From Octopus sinensis (taxonomy: Eukaryota), in NCBI RefSeq assembly GCF_006345805.1, contig NC_043009.1, positions 40,238,001 through 40,302,000 of the forward strand: 64,000 nt of DNA, written 5' to 3'. The translations under genes and the position numbers were made by a program. The notes beneath the pieces were generated by a model that saw only the letters and a list, made by a program, of their open reading frames with translations, had not been told where the DNA came from and did not search any database. Every line of letters begins with the position of its first letter. Position 1 is the first letter of the stretch. Below are positions 1 to 13,487 of the stretch, piece by piece.

Positions 1-330
1 TGTCACCATAAAGAGCATGTCATTGGGTTATAATGATAAAAGCTGGTACAGCTCTAGTACCACCCTCTGAATCTCCCTCATTAGTACCTAGTGACAGATC
101 GAAAGGGGATGATCAGTAAACACTTGAAACCGATGGTTAAAAATCAGTGTCCGTCTCCTAGAAGGATGCTGTGACAACGGCCAGGTGTCCTTCATTCTCG
201 AGGTTTTTTAGTTGTTGGATGGCCAACAGAGTTTGTTTTTCGTCTTCTACGGTGTCCAGCAAAAACCATCTTCCTTGCCATGTAGGCTCTGCGAGGTTGC
301 CGGTTTAGTAAACAATAACCTGATCATCCG
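1..330 (-). mobile_element. Degenerate non-LTR retrotransposon RT N-terminal fragment (RTE/CR1-like)
   Basis: Minus-strand translation gives LAIQQLKN followed by frameshifted TPG-like and W..G-like segments that resemble the start of LINE RT. Heavily decayed. Confidence 0.3.
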
Positions 331-549
331 ACAGGTTGAACTACTATACTGTTACCAGTATAGTAAGAGTAATGACTTTCATATGTGTGTGTGTGAATAT
401 ATATATATACACGTACATACATGTAGATAAGCATGTATGTATATGTGTATGTATGTATGGGTGTACGAATATATGTACACATATGTGTGTATATATGCAT
501 ATTTATATGTGTGGGTGTGTGTGTCTGTTTATGTCTTTGTGTTTGTAAC

Positions 550-715
550 TCCTCACAGTTTGACAACCGGGGTTAGTTTGTTTACTTTCTTGTAACTAAG
601 TGCTTTAGCAAAAGACACCGACACAATAAGTACCAGACCTAAAAGTAAAACCGCTGGGGTCGATTTGTTCTTTTAACTTTACAAGGCGACATCCTGGATG
701 GCCACCACAGTCCAA
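550..715 (+). mobile_element. SINE family B, degenerate 3' half
   Basis: tgacaacc...aataagtacc...ggggtcgatttg...ggcc..cagtc matches the 3' half of intact B copies (19529, 39602). Confidence 0.55.
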
Positions 716-989
716 CGATTTAAACATATAAGAAAATAAATCTCTGTTGGCAGGACCCGACACCACTTGAGGGAGGAAAAATATTGCTTTTATTGTTATT
801 GTTATTGTTATTGTTATTGTTAGTATCGCTGTTGCTTAATGGTGGTGGTGTTGGTGGTGGTTGGTGGTGATGATAATGATGGTGATGTAGCTGATGTTGT
901 TGTGGTTGCTTCACGTGGTTATAACTCCACTTTAAATGTCATACGTTAAATGAAGCAAGAAGATTTAAAGTCAAAAATAATCCACACAA

Positions 990-1065
990 GAATATTTGCG
1001 TCAGTATATATTAGTCTGTAAGTTATTTACGCATCCAGATACGCAAAAACATACATATATTCAAG

Positions 1066-1096
<31 letters not shown>

Positions 1097-2093
1097 ATGT
1101 GTGTGTAAGTGTGAGTGTTTGTGTGTAATATATGTGCATATATACGTATATATATGTATATATGTATGTCTATCGTATACATTTACATGTATGTATGTAT
1201 ATATTTTTGTATGTGTGGGTATATGTGTGTGTGTTTGTGGGTGTATATGTGTGTGCGTATATATGAGCCTCTATGTATATATATATGTGTGTGTGTGTAT
1301 AATATATATGCATATATAAGTATATATATATATATATTTATGTATGTATGTATATCGGATACATGTACATGTATGTATGTATATATGTATGTATGTGTGG
1401 CTGTATGTGTGTGTGCGTATATATGAGCTTCTATGTGTATATATGTTGTGTGTGTGTGTGTTTGCGTGTACGTGTCTTGATGAATGTGTAAGGCTATCAA
1501 GATTGCCAGAGGAAAGATGATACAGTAAAAACAAAAAAAAAACAGAAAATAAAAATACATACAAAGAGAAAAAATTTGTAGAAGATACCCTTCTGCATGC
1601 AGGTATAGTGTTCTTGGTTTGAGGATAAAATATAAGTGCTTGAGATGATGAGTTTGAGGATATCGTCTAGCTGAAGCATCTGTAAATATCAAACTGAAAC
1701 CAAAGAAAAACTACCCATTTTATTGAACTGGCGCGCGCGCACACACACACACACACACTCATACACGCACATACAGATGTATGTGCTCATTCATACTATG
1801 TTACACAAGCATACGGACGCCTACGTACATATATATATATGTATATCTTTATATCTGTGTATATGTATGTACGTGTGTGATGTGTGTGTATCTATGCATG
1901 TATGTATGCGTGTATGGCCGTATATGTAGCAGCATATTTATATACGCATGTTTGTATATGTGCATTCAAGTATATACGTATGTATGTATGTATGTATGTA
2001 TGTATGTATGTATGTATGTATGTATGTATGTGTGTATGTATGTGTCCAAGCTAGCACACATACGCAGATACTTATGAATGTATACTGGTACTC

Positions 2094-2188
<95 letters not shown>

Positions 2189-2330
2189 GACCACACAGAT
2201 ACAAAGTCACATATCACATAGACACAAATACATACAGACCAGACACAGACTCACACACACAAACACACAAAAAGAAGCACACACAAGCAGACACATATAT
2301 ATAGGCAATCCAAAAATAATACAAAAAAAA
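990..2330. repeat. Compound (TG)n/(TA)n/(TATG)n microsatellite field
   Basis: Directly visible; the source of the CV/YI/TH ORFs. Confidence 0.95.
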
Positions 2331-2426
2331 ACCAAACAAACAAACAGGAAAACAACAAAAGTCAATTGGACGTGCTCAGAGAATGCATTAAGTTGAGGCT
2401 AAATGAAAGATTTTGTTGGAAAACTA

Positions 2427-2465
2427 GGAGTGACGTTTCAACTATGGCGCTTCATCGGAAAGAGG
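2427..2465 (-). ncRNA. Hammerhead-like relic (stem I lost)
   Basis: Minus strand CCGATGA-AGC-GCCATA-GTT-GAAAC-GTC; stem I strands are not complementary. Confidence 0.3.
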
Positions 2466-3128
2466 TAAAAGTTCAGAGAGGAAGAAAAGGAGGAGGAGCG
2501 GATAGTTAGAGAAAAAGCACTTGTTTCGTAACGTGGCCGAAACACAACTGATCGGAAGTTGGAGAGAGATAATATATATACATATTGATATAACACACGC
2601 ACAATTGCAAACGAATCATTAAAGATGTGTTAAACAATTTCTTTGTCTTCCTATTATTTGGATTATAATTTACACTTCGCCATCACCACTTTACGGTGGA
2701 ACCCGGCAGTGCTGATAGCCCAGTTTTCGGGTTGAGTGCTTCTCCGGAAATACTCTACGTTTATGCCCTTTCAAGATCTAAGATACATACATATATATAT
2801 ATATTCTTTTATCTTATACAAGTTTTAGTCATTGTGGAGAGGGTACACTAATATTCTTGTACCCTTTGTTCATATTGGTGTCTGGTACTTATTTTATGGC
2901 TACAGAGCAGTATATTACCAGAATCAGTAAACAGTGAAACAGAATGCCTTGTGGTGCGTATTCCAAAACTTTACGTTTCGAATTCAAATCTCACCCAAGT
3001 CTACTGTGCTTTTTCATCCTTTCATATCCGATAAACTGAAGTAACTATCAGGTACAGCATTCGGTTTAGTCGATTAAGTACTTATGTCAATATAAAGTGA
3101 GCTGGGACATGTGTGTGTGTGTGTGTGA

Positions 3129-3191
<63 letters not shown>

Positions 3192-3710
3192 GCATAAAAC
3201 AAAACCACCAGGAAGATTGGTAGGAGGAACATGGAATATTTTATAGAAATATATATTTAATGTATCATAAAGGCACTTTATTAGTAACTCTTTCTGTTAT
3301 GCATTAAATTGATTTTATATCCCACCGCATGGAGTACTTTTTTGTTGATTTTACCTATATATTTTTGTTGATTTTACCTATATATATATACATACATGCA
3401 CACACATTCACACACACAAAAACACACAGTACCATAAAAGTTTCAGACTAACTTTCAAATTTCACAAATTGAACAAGTGGCGGATCTTCGAAGTCACAGT
3501 CAGCGTTTTCCTTGTAAAAACACATTTATATTTTTGGAAATATAAAAAGTTCTCACGCACACACAAAATGTTAAAATGTTAAAGCTGCAAATTTTAACAA
3601 CCATAAAGCACATAAAATACAAGAATCAAATGCATTGAGTGATCCTTTTATTAACGTCTACCTTGTTTTTAGACACAACTACATAAAAACAAACATTAAT
3701 ACATAAGTGT

Positions 3711-3750
<40 letters not shown>

Positions 3751-3979
3751 ATGCGTGTGCATGTGTGAATATATATACGTACAAATATAAAAGTATGAAC
3801 TACTTTTGTATGCCGTATTTATTCGAGTACAATGCGATGACCCACTTTCTGAAGTTAAAATCAATAAGATATTTTAACTTCTTATATGATATCACCTTCA
3901 CTCCACCACTACAGCCATTGTTATCTATACTATACATGTATGTATGTCTCTTTCTCACTCTTTCTCACTCTCTCTCTCT

Positions 3980-4021
<42 letters not shown>

Positions 4022-5121
4022 ACGTAGTATCACTGCGGTGTTTACAAACCATAAAGCATAAAACATAAACAATGTTTTTTTTTTTTTTTAATAAATAAAC
4101 TCAAACAGAATCACTAAAACTAGAATTGCTTTTGCTGAATAAGTTTTTCTGAAAAATCTATGGAGCGAAGGTAGTAGCATAAGTTTTTTTTTTTTTAATT
4201 CTCAGTCTTTGTGCAATAAAATTGTTTATCACTTAAAAACTATCAGAGTCTGATTCGTCATCTGACTCTAAAAAATAACAGCTTCTAATTTAAACGCAAG
4301 GCTTGCAACCTCGTGTGGGTGATTTGTCTAATATGTCAGCCCTAGTAAGTAACTGGTATCTTATTTTATCGACTTTGTCCTTGATATGATTCTAAACTTC
4401 ATCCGTTTGTCTGGCCTTGGTTCAGGATTTTCATGGTTTTGAGGCATATGAATCTACCTCCTAGAATTTGTCATTTGAAACTCTAATGCGATCCGGGGTG
4501 ATAACACCTGTTTCATACCCTGGTTTTGGATAAATAATTTAACGAAGCAGAGGTAAAGAAAATATTCAAACGACGCACTACGATTGCTGTTAAACGAGGT
4601 TAACTGCTCTCTACCAACGGCTCACAGTCATCTGCTGACAGGCCTTTATTTTATAGCAATCTGTCAGTTCACTTTTAGTTACTTGGGAGTCGTCGGAATC
4701 CTTCCACAACAATCTGTCAGGGTCCCAACTATGGGACCAAATTAAGTAGCTTACTAAGGCTATGCATGTAAAAACTGGATCTAGTGGACTCTGTGGAAGA
4801 GGCTTTCAGGGTTCAACGGAGGAGGAGGCGGCAGCTCATAACGTATTGTAGCGTACAGAGGGTAAGATGAGGCAAGAAAACATCTTGGTCATCCACTACA
4901 GCTATCTCCACCCTCAGTCTTCTTGACCTGGTCTTGCGAGTGATTGAATATGGTCACGGATGAGTGAGGTAGCGCAACTCTTCCGGTCGGTGTATCATTT
5001 TTTCACTTTAAATAAGTGGTTCTCAACCATTTTTTGTCTCTGAACCTCACTGAATCCTATTTTGCTCTAGTGGACCCCCACCCGTATTTTAAAAAGTCAT
5101 ATTTTTATAATTAAATATTGA

Positions 5122-5330
5122 TTTCAAATTCTGGCACGAGGCTAACACTTTCGAGGAGAGTGTAATTCGATTACATCGATCCCAGTGCTCGACTGGTTCT
5201 TATTTTATCAACCCCGGAAGGATGAAACGAAAAGCAGACTTCGACGGAATTTGAACTCAGAATGCGAAGACGGGCGAAATACTGCTGAGCATTTTGTCCG
5301 ACGTGCTAATGATTGTGCCGGCTCGCCGGC
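5122..5330 (-). mobile_element. tRNA-derived SINE family A (A2 tail variant)
   Basis: Head with A-box and B-box (gagttcaaattcc) like motifs; central domain shared with other A copies. Confidence 0.8.
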
Positions 5331-5347
5331 ATATTTTTATAATATAA

Positions 5348-5739
5348 CTAGCAGTATCGCCCGGTGTTGCTCGGGTTTGTAAGGGAAATAACTATACAGC
5401 ATTTTTAGAGAGTTATAGTCAAAAAATAGCAAAAAATGCATTAAAAATGGAAAAAATATGATGGTAATTTTTTTTTAAATCGTTGACTCATCGTAGACAT
5501 TTTTAGAGAGTTACTTCCCTTTAAAAAAATATGCATGAAAATGGGAAAAAATGATGGTAAATTATTTTTAAAATCGTAGACTCATCGTAGACGCGCGCTA
5601 ATACCCAGAAGAGCTCGATATGAATCACGACTATAAGATACCCGGTTTTGGTTAAACTGCACCGCAAAATGTGGGAGTAGTTAGGAATCTAAATCGAAGG
5701 GGACAGACACTCACACAACTACAATTTTATATATAAAGA
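5348..5739 (-). mobile_element. Non-autonomous Helitron
   Basis: Minus strand begins TC and ends CTAG, with subterminal hairpin CCCG-agcaacac-CGGG; inserted between A and T with no TSD; internal tandem duplication of about 100 bp. Confidence 0.8.
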
Positions 5740-5762
5740 TATTATTAGAAATTGTATATATG

Positions 5763-6020
5763 TGGAGGCGCGTGGCTTAGTGGTTAGGGGTGTAAGCATC
5801 ATGATCGTAAGATTGTGGTTTCGATTCCTGGACCGGGTGACGCATTGTGTTCTTGAGCAAAACACTTCATTTCCCGTTGCTCCGTTCCACTCAGCTGGCA
5901 AAAATGAGTAACGCTGCGATGGACTGGCGTCCAGTCCAACTGGGGAGCACATACGCCATTGAAACCGGGAAACCTGGCCCACGAGCCTAGCTAGGCTTTA
6001 AAAGGGCGCATTTATTTATT
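5763..6020 (+). mobile_element. tRNA-derived SINE family C, full length
   Basis: ggaggcgcgtggcttagtggttagg...gtttcgattcc head, (ttta)n tail; matches 50636-50888 and 55170-55401. Confidence 0.85.
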
Positions 6021-6195
6021 ATTATATAAAAAATTGCTAAAATATTTTGTACATTGAAATATAACCAATTTATTGCTCAAAAATTTTAACAAGAACTTAA
6101 TACGGACTCTCAAGAGTCATATGAATCCTGGCCGAGAACCAATGCTTTTGACAAATTCACTACGCGAGTCAACAGTCATCTTTAGTGGTTGTTAG

Positions 6196-6405
6196 TGGAA
6201 GCGCGTGGCTTAGTGGTTAGGGTGTTGGACTCATGATAATAAGATTACGGTTTCGATTACTGGAACGTATTGCGTTCTTGAGCAAAACACCTCATTTCAC
6301 ATTGCTCCAGTCCACTCAGCAGGTAAAGATGAGTAATCCACCGACAGACTGACGTCTTGTCGAGGTGGGGAGTATATACACATTGAAAACCAGGAAACCG
6401 GCCCA
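6196..6405 (+). mobile_element. SINE family C, diverged
   Basis: Same head and body as 5763-6020. Confidence 0.75.
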
Positions 6406-6659
6406 AAGGAAAACTTCACTATTTTTTTAACTTAAGGATGGTTAGATGGTACTCGTCGATTCGACAGACAAGCATGATTTTTATCGTACCCAAAGTGGTA
6501 AAAGGCAAATTTGACGTTGACATGATTTGATCTCAGAACTTAACGAGCAGGATCCAATACCACCAAGCGTTTTCCTCTGACGCTCTACCGATTCTGTGCG
6601 TCCATAAACTTTAGGCATTTCTTCTTTAAACTTTTAATCTGTGTCCTATCATTTTATCA

Positions 6660-6921
6660 TTCTCTTTTATCTTTTATCGTTTATTTGTTTCAGTTATTGC
6701 GGCCATGCTGGAGCACTACTTGAAAGGTTGTTTCGTTTTAGTCGAACAGATCAACTCCAATACCTATTTTAAAGTCTGATATTTATTCTATCGATACCTT
6801 TCACCGAACTGTTAAGTTGTCTGGACATAAACAAACCGACACTAGTTGGCGGGTGATGACAAACACAAACACAAAGACGCGCCCGTACACAGACACACGT
6901 ACACAAACGCATATGTGTGTA

Positions 6922-6974
<53 letters not shown>

Positions 6975-7130
6975 ATATGATAGGCTTCCCACAGTTTCTG
7001 TCGATCAATTCACTCACAAAGCGCTAGCCGCCAGGAACTCTGGTAGAAGAAACTTAGCCAAGATGCCTCATGGTGAGACCGAACCCGAAGCGGCACACTT
7101 AGAAAGCGAGCTTCTTAACAACGTAGCCAA
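6660..7130 (-). mobile_element. SINE family B, diverged, with internal (TG)n
   Basis: Tail cggccatgctggagcac and head matching other B copies; explains ORF 6817..7380. Confidence 0.75.
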
Positions 7131-10059
7131 ACGTTCAGTGGGTAAAAGTACTTCATTTTTCACCATTCCAGTATTTCCCATTCCAGTATTTCCCATTCCT
7201 GCCAGTTTGTTACAGATGTTATTTCAAGAAATTCTTGGAAACCAATATATTCAGGTAAAGCATTCCAAACTACTTCCAAGTAGCAGCAGTAATAATACTA
7301 GGTTTTTCTTTCGAGATTACCTCCTGCTGTTTGTTTTTCCACTTCACCAGATGACATCTGTGATAATCCGGTGTTTCTAAGCTTCATCGTTAAATGGCTT
7401 GTTCAAAAGAATTTTAAGTAGGTGAAGAACACTTGTGAAACCGCATGGAATTACATCTTGATGGGTCTTCATATCTTTCAATATGCGCTACAGTGGATCA
7501 GTACGATAAGCTCTAAACTGGGTTCACGTCAGCATTGCAGTGTTCTTTAAAAAGTGTCGTAGGTCGTTAATCCCATACTTTTCTCAGCCACAAATCTAAG
7601 CTCAAATACAGGTCTATCAAATATTATACAACATGAATTCTGGATTTATTAAAATTAATTTCGCTTATTTCAAAAGACAATTGAAACTAGCTCCGCGTAA
7701 GAAATAATCTCAAGAATCAAGATTCTTTAAAGTTGACATGTCTTGAAGAAAAGAAGAAAGGCTTCTTGTCTTGAGATTTTAGGACACTCGTAGATACGTA
7801 TTTCTGAATCAATAACTGTTATCAGCATGACTATTGTCCGAACATATCTCCAGGAGTCAAAGGGGTAAGGAAAAAGGATTAGAAAATATTTATGGCATAA
7901 GTAATTTGTATAATTTAAATAAAACTGAACTAAGTACAATAACTCAGTGTCTTGTATTTTAACGATATAGACAAATAAAGGTATATCAGGTACCGTATAG
8001 TCAGACAGTCAGTTGGCAGCCATTAGGTTGACAAGGAACAATGATTTCAAAAAGAATGGAATTGATTGCCTTTAAAAAGATAACCCTCCAGTAACTTGGG
8101 GTCATTTTTGTTAAAAACCACAAGTCTGCAGAAAAATGTATAGTTCTTTTATATCCTTGTATGTTGGATATATGATATAACGACGCAAGGAGGAATAAGG
8201 TATGTAAACGACACACTACTATTACTATTACACGAGACTCAACTCTCTCAACCACGGCTCACAATGAACTGCTTACCAACCCGAACTGTCAATTGCTTAC
8301 AGTTATTTACTTTATAACAACGAGACTCCACCTTCAGTCACTTGGTGGATGGTCGGAATCCCTCCACAACAAGTCCCATGCTTCTTTTGCTCTATCAGAC
8401 ATAGTTTATTCAGTGGTCGCATCCCTAACTCATCAAAATACGTGAGTCTCATCCGTATTTCCAGTTTGACTCAGTTCAAAATCATATTACTGTTTCTCGG
8501 TGATAGCACAAATTTATGGTACTGCACAATACGATATAACTAAATCAGAAGGAATTTTATATGATTTCCTTTGTTTTGTAATGCCGAGCAAAAGAATGCT
8601 TTCTGAAAAATCTCTGGCACCACCCATTTGAACATTTGAAAGAATGACGAATTCCATATTCGCCATCCTTTGATATTTTCTTGTATTGTTGTTTTCGGGC
8701 GTATCGTTTTTGCTGTTCTATTTATTCAGCGTATTTTCCATTTCTAAGTAGCGAACCTGCTTTCTACTTACAAACTATTAATACTACCGTTTGGCATTAT
8801 ACAGCAAATTCTATACCTTCAAGTTCAAATTTGCACTGTAAGCAATATACCTAATTTTCGCATTCATACGTTTACCATAAAAAATGCATACTAAATATAA
8901 TTTTTCCTACAAGAATACATCAGGAAAGTAGGTTCTATCTATCATAATCCGTTAAACATCAAAGTATATAATGAGACACTATGAAATTTGAAGCAAATTA
9001 ACAATTGCCATTGGTTATATTCGCTGGCCCATTGGAGTTTTGTAGTCATAGACTATGAAATATATGTATTAGTCGCTAGATGTCTTGGGTTTATTTACCA
9101 TCCGACATCTTTTTTTAGAGATTTGTTGTTTTTGTTGTTGATTATTTTACACTCCAGAATATTTGAAACAGTATGTATATACTCTCTCTCCGTCATCTTT
9201 CACACTAGAGCATTAATTCGCAGCACGAAGTAATTTATGTAATGTATGTGAATAGCTACTGGCAATTTTGTGGGGAAAATACCTTTAGGGAAAAATATAA
9301 CATTCCGTGTGGTGTACGTAGGTATGATATTTCAGAGTATGTATGTATGTATGTATGTATGTATGGATGGATGTATGTATGTATGTATGTATGTATATTA
9401 CTGCTCTGAAAACCGTGAATACAGAGCTATTACTGGATTATATTTATCGATAATAATTAGAAAACAATATGCATAATATGTGAAGCACTCAGCAACAGGT
9501 GATGCTAGTGCGCAGAAACGATTGTTGTGATTTGGGTAAAAGCCTGTTCATTCCATCTTCTTGTATTATGTGCGTTTGTGTGTGTATGTGGGGGGGAGTG
9601 CTTGTGTGTGTGTCTGCGTGTACGTGTGTATTTATATGTATATGTATGTATATATATATATGTGTGTGTGTGTATGTATAAACACACAGACACACACATA
9701 CATATATATATATGTATGTATGTATATACGTACAACTGGATGTAGGTCTTTCGATGCCTATGCATGTTCACATACACATATGTGTGTATTTGTATGTATG
9801 AGTGTATACATGTGTACATGCGTGTGTAAAGCAGGTATGCTTGTCTTCACGTTAAACATAATTTGCTCGGTGTCAATTTCTTAATGTCAAACAAGACAAT
9901 TTACTTTCTGTTCAGCGTCTATGGCAAGAAATAAAGTGCCCTCTTGTGGAACTGAAATCTGAATCGTTAAACCTCACTTAATACCTATCTTTGACATCAG
10001 GGATTATTTATATATACGCCAGATTAAACACTCTTCCTTAACTACTCGGCCATTCTGTA

Positions 10060-10063
10060 GCTG

Positions 10064-10097
<34 letters not shown>

Positions 10098-10180
10098 GTC
10101 TCTCTCTGTCTCTCTCTTTATCTCTCTCTCTCTCTGTCTCTCTCTGTCTCTCTCTGTCTCTCTGTCTCTCTCTCTCTGGC
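10060..10180. repeat. (CT)n/(CTGT) microsatellite
   Basis: Directly visible. Confidence 0.95.
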
Positions 10181-10539
10181 GGTCACACATGATTTCCGTG
10201 CCATGTTTACTTGCTTCGGGTAAATTTCGTTATCCGATATCTTTGAATTTCTTAAGACGGTTGAACTGTATTGTGTATCCAAGTCTTGTTGTTGTTGTTG
10301 TTGTTGTTATTGCTACCAGGGATGTTGCTTTTGTTGCTGTTCGTGGTGGTTTGGATATTATTTTTGCAGTTATGTTGTTTTACATTTCTGTTGTTACATT
10401 GTTATTTTTTGGTCGCTGTGTTGCCGAAGGTTAGCAACTAATTCAGTAAAAAAAAAAAATAAAAAATAAGAAAAAAAAAAAGCTATGATCAAATTCATTC
10501 CAGCTGTAACCAGCACAAATTTTTATTTGTAAATGGATC

Positions 10540-10755
10540 TTTTACCACCACCACCACCACTACCACTACCACCACCCGCCAACACCACCACCACCACCAC
10601 CCGCCACTACCACCACCACCCGCCACCACCACAACCACCTCCACCAACACCAGCACCAAGAGCACCAGCACAACCACCACCAACACCACCACCAACCACC
10701 AACACCATCCGCTGCCACCACCACCGCTGCTGCTACTACTACTACTACTACTGCA
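10540..10755. repeat. (ACC)n/(ACT)n compound trinucleotide repeat
   Basis: Directly visible. Confidence 0.95.
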
Positions 10756-10917
10756 CACGCACATACACAGCCGTGTATACGGATATTATGCATATTACGT
10801 TATTTAAAAAAAAAAACTAAGGTATGATTTTTGGGCTGTTACTATTTAGGGTAAAATGTTTCAAATAGGGGCTAAAATGTTTTAAAAAATTGACTGGATT
10901 TCTTTTTGCCATTGTCT

Positions 10918-10990
<73 letters not shown>

Positions 10991-11254
10991 GTATGTGTCG
11001 GTGTCTGTGTAACTGAAAGGAGTGCTAATGGAAAAGAGAAGGAAAGAAAGAAGGAAGAGAGAAAGAAGAAAAAATGTGTTGACATCTTTGCAGCTGGTCA
11101 GTTCTTTCAATATAAAATGATTCTTGGTTGTTACTACTTTTGAAAGACTAATAGACAGTATAGAAACTTCATGGTTCATTCTATCGATAATAGTTGCTGA
11201 TACGTACATGCATATCTATTATAGTTATAAGGTTTTGGGGGTAGAATAGCCACA

Positions 11255-11760
11255 AGAGATGAGACCTGAGTCTAAGCCTTATAGTCAGAATTTAAAAGCC
11301 TGAGTTTGGAAAAAACCGGAATCACCTGCAAAAAAGAAATTCAAAATTGAAAAAGTGGTGCCAACAAAATTTTATTTGCGGGTTGGGGGTGGGGTCACAA
11401 AAAGTCCTATGCTTGGAAAAGGGGATTACAGCCACCAGTGTAGGCTACAGTGAAATGTTGGTCAACAAAACTGAAACCAGCGATTCGCACCCAACTCTGA
11501 ACTCTATTGTCAAAGGAAGTATTACTGTTGCACGACAATGCCCAACGGCATACAGCCGTTCACAGTGTTGAAACCATCGGCACATTGGGTTTAGAGTTGC
11601 TGAAACACCCTGCATACAATCCACATCTCGCCTCTTTGGATCGCTTGTGCATCTTTTTATGAAATAGTCGATTTGGTACGAACGAAGAAGCACCGAAAGC
11701 GACCAGCCGAAAAGCTCCGATTGAATGAGTAAACTTACGGACCGCTGGATTGTAAAAACT
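11255..11760 (+). mobile_element. Mariner transposase fragment (pseudogene)
   Basis: Frameshifted translation includes ESPAKKKFK, LEKG, EMLVNK and VLLLHDNAQRHTA...HPAYNPHLA, i.e. mariner HDNARPH and HPPYSPDLAP-like motifs. Confidence 0.8.
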
Positions 11761-11908
11761 AGATTCAAATGTGTGTGTTATGAGCGTGAGCGTTAATTAT
11801 TCAATCTTACATCAATTACAATTAAAAAGCAACAAAAACGGACGATGCAATCAAGTGAGTTCAATCCACAGCCATCGAAATTCACTTCATTATGTCTCAA
11901 ACACAGAA

Positions 11909-12125
11909 GGCGGCGAGCTGGCAGAAACGTTAGCGCGCCGAGCGAAATGCGTAGCCGTATTTCGTCTGTCGTTACGTTCCGCCGAGGTCGACTTTGCTTT
12001 CATCCTTTCGGGGTTGATAAATTAAGTACCAGATACGCACTGGGGTCGATGTAATCGACTTAATCCCTTTGTCTATCCTTGTTTGTCCTCTCTGTGTTTA
12101 GCCCCTTGTGGGTAGTAAAGAAATA
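11909..12125 (+). mobile_element. SINE family A with 15-bp TSD and B-box deletion
   Basis: TSD tatgtctcaaacaca (11891-11905) / tatatctcaaacaca (12126-12140); the ctgagttcaaatt segment is missing relative to 16276-16506. Confidence 0.9.
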
Positions 12126-12842
12126 TATATCTCAAACACATACCAATTGAAACCCTTTTATGTCCAAGATAGTCTCTTGTCATCACAATATACAATAATA
12201 ATATGTGTGTATATAAATATATATAATTATCTAATTCTTCTGCTTGTAACTACAACAAAAATATAAACAATTACATCATCAGTACGACTCTTTTATCTAT
12301 TTAAATTAGTTGGTATAAAAATTAATTGTTTAAATTAAGTAATAATTATCTATATTTATTATTTTCTCGTAGGGATAATTATGTAGTAGATATGAAGAGA
12401 AACCTAATGGGAATTTCTCTCTTTGTTTACTTAAGCTATCGCAGGGAGAATTCCTTAATTATTATATTTTAGGCTACAGCAATGGAAATCGAATTTACTC
12501 ATTTTTTAGGGGTAACCAGATTTGAATTTATTTAAAAATTGACTAACATACGCATATCATGGAAGGGAGAATTTAGTGAATCGACATAAAACATCGATAC
12601 AAACCAAACAAGCAACAAGCAATGTTCCCGATGAACTAATCTATATAAGTACTTATAGGAACTAAAGGTATATCTTTGCCAATGTTTGAAACAATAAACG
12701 CGTTCTTTAAACGTGTGTGCAGGAGAATTCTCTGAGAACAGGATGAGAAATTGCTCGTTACAGAGCAGAGAAAAAGATTTACCTGTATCAAATGGGAAGG
12801 GTCTAGATAGAATATTCCATTCCAAATCAAATTGTTTATTGG

Positions 12843-12896
<54 letters not shown>

Positions 12897-13044
12897 CCTG
12901 CTCGCTTAGCCAGCGAGGTGGCGTCATTTGAGGGCAAAAGCAATGCGAAGCGCATTGTGACTAGCGATGAGTAGCAACATCTGATAACCTGGTCAGTCAC
13001 GGTGATGGTGACGATATATATATATATATATATAGATATATATA

Positions 13045-13110
<66 letters not shown>

Positions 13111-13120
13111 ATGTATGTAT

Positions 13121-13312
13121 ATATTTGGCGTCTGTGTTTATCCCACCATCATCGTTTGACAACATAGAGTTTCGGCAAAAGAGACCGATAGAATAAGAAC
13201 TAGGCTTACAAACAATAAGTCCTGGGATCGATTTGTTCGACTAAAAGTCGGTTTTCCAGCATGACCGCAGTCAAATGACTGAAACAAATAAAAGAATAAA
13301 AGAATAAAAGAA
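13121..13312 (+). mobile_element. SINE family B 3' half with (aaaagaat)n tail
   Basis: Matches the 3' half of 19529-19950. Confidence 0.8.
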
Positions 13313-13429
13313 TATATATATATATATATAATATATATATATATAATAGTATTTTATAAGCTTATAAAATACTATTACTATTATTTACAGAATTGTAAAA
13401 ACCGACGCTGCTTAAAAACCATGCCTATA

Positions 13430-13487
<58 letters not shown>

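Larger units (their letters stand above)
5014..6144 (+). mobile_element. hAT-like MITE split by three nested insertions
   Basis: Left end aagtggttctcaacc (5014-5028), right end ggccgagaaccaatg (6130-6144). Internal pieces match the uninterrupted copy at about 63630-63845. Flanks ctttaaat/cttttgac may be a decayed 8-bp TSD. Confidence 0.6.

Noticed and set aside
720-914. Minus ORF with poly-H/P/N (MKQPQQHQLHHHH...)
   Set aside because: Starts at GTG, is built from triplet repeats, and has no convincing splice sites or domain.
996-2396. CV/YI/TH-rich ORFs here and throughout the window
   Set aside because: Translations of TG, TA, TATG and GATA microsatellites, which lack stops in several frames.
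5763-5835. tRNA-like sequences at SINE heads (also 16430-16506 and 56050-56121)
   Set aside because: They continue into SINE bodies and tails and do not form full cloverleafs, so they are not tRNA genes.
6817-7380. 187-aa plus-strand ORF
   Set aside because: Antisense read-through of a SINE B copy and its (TG)n tract.
7150-7900. Possible CR1 fossil (minus-strand VWNALPE and HADN)
   Set aside because: Only short isolated motifs; not enough to call.
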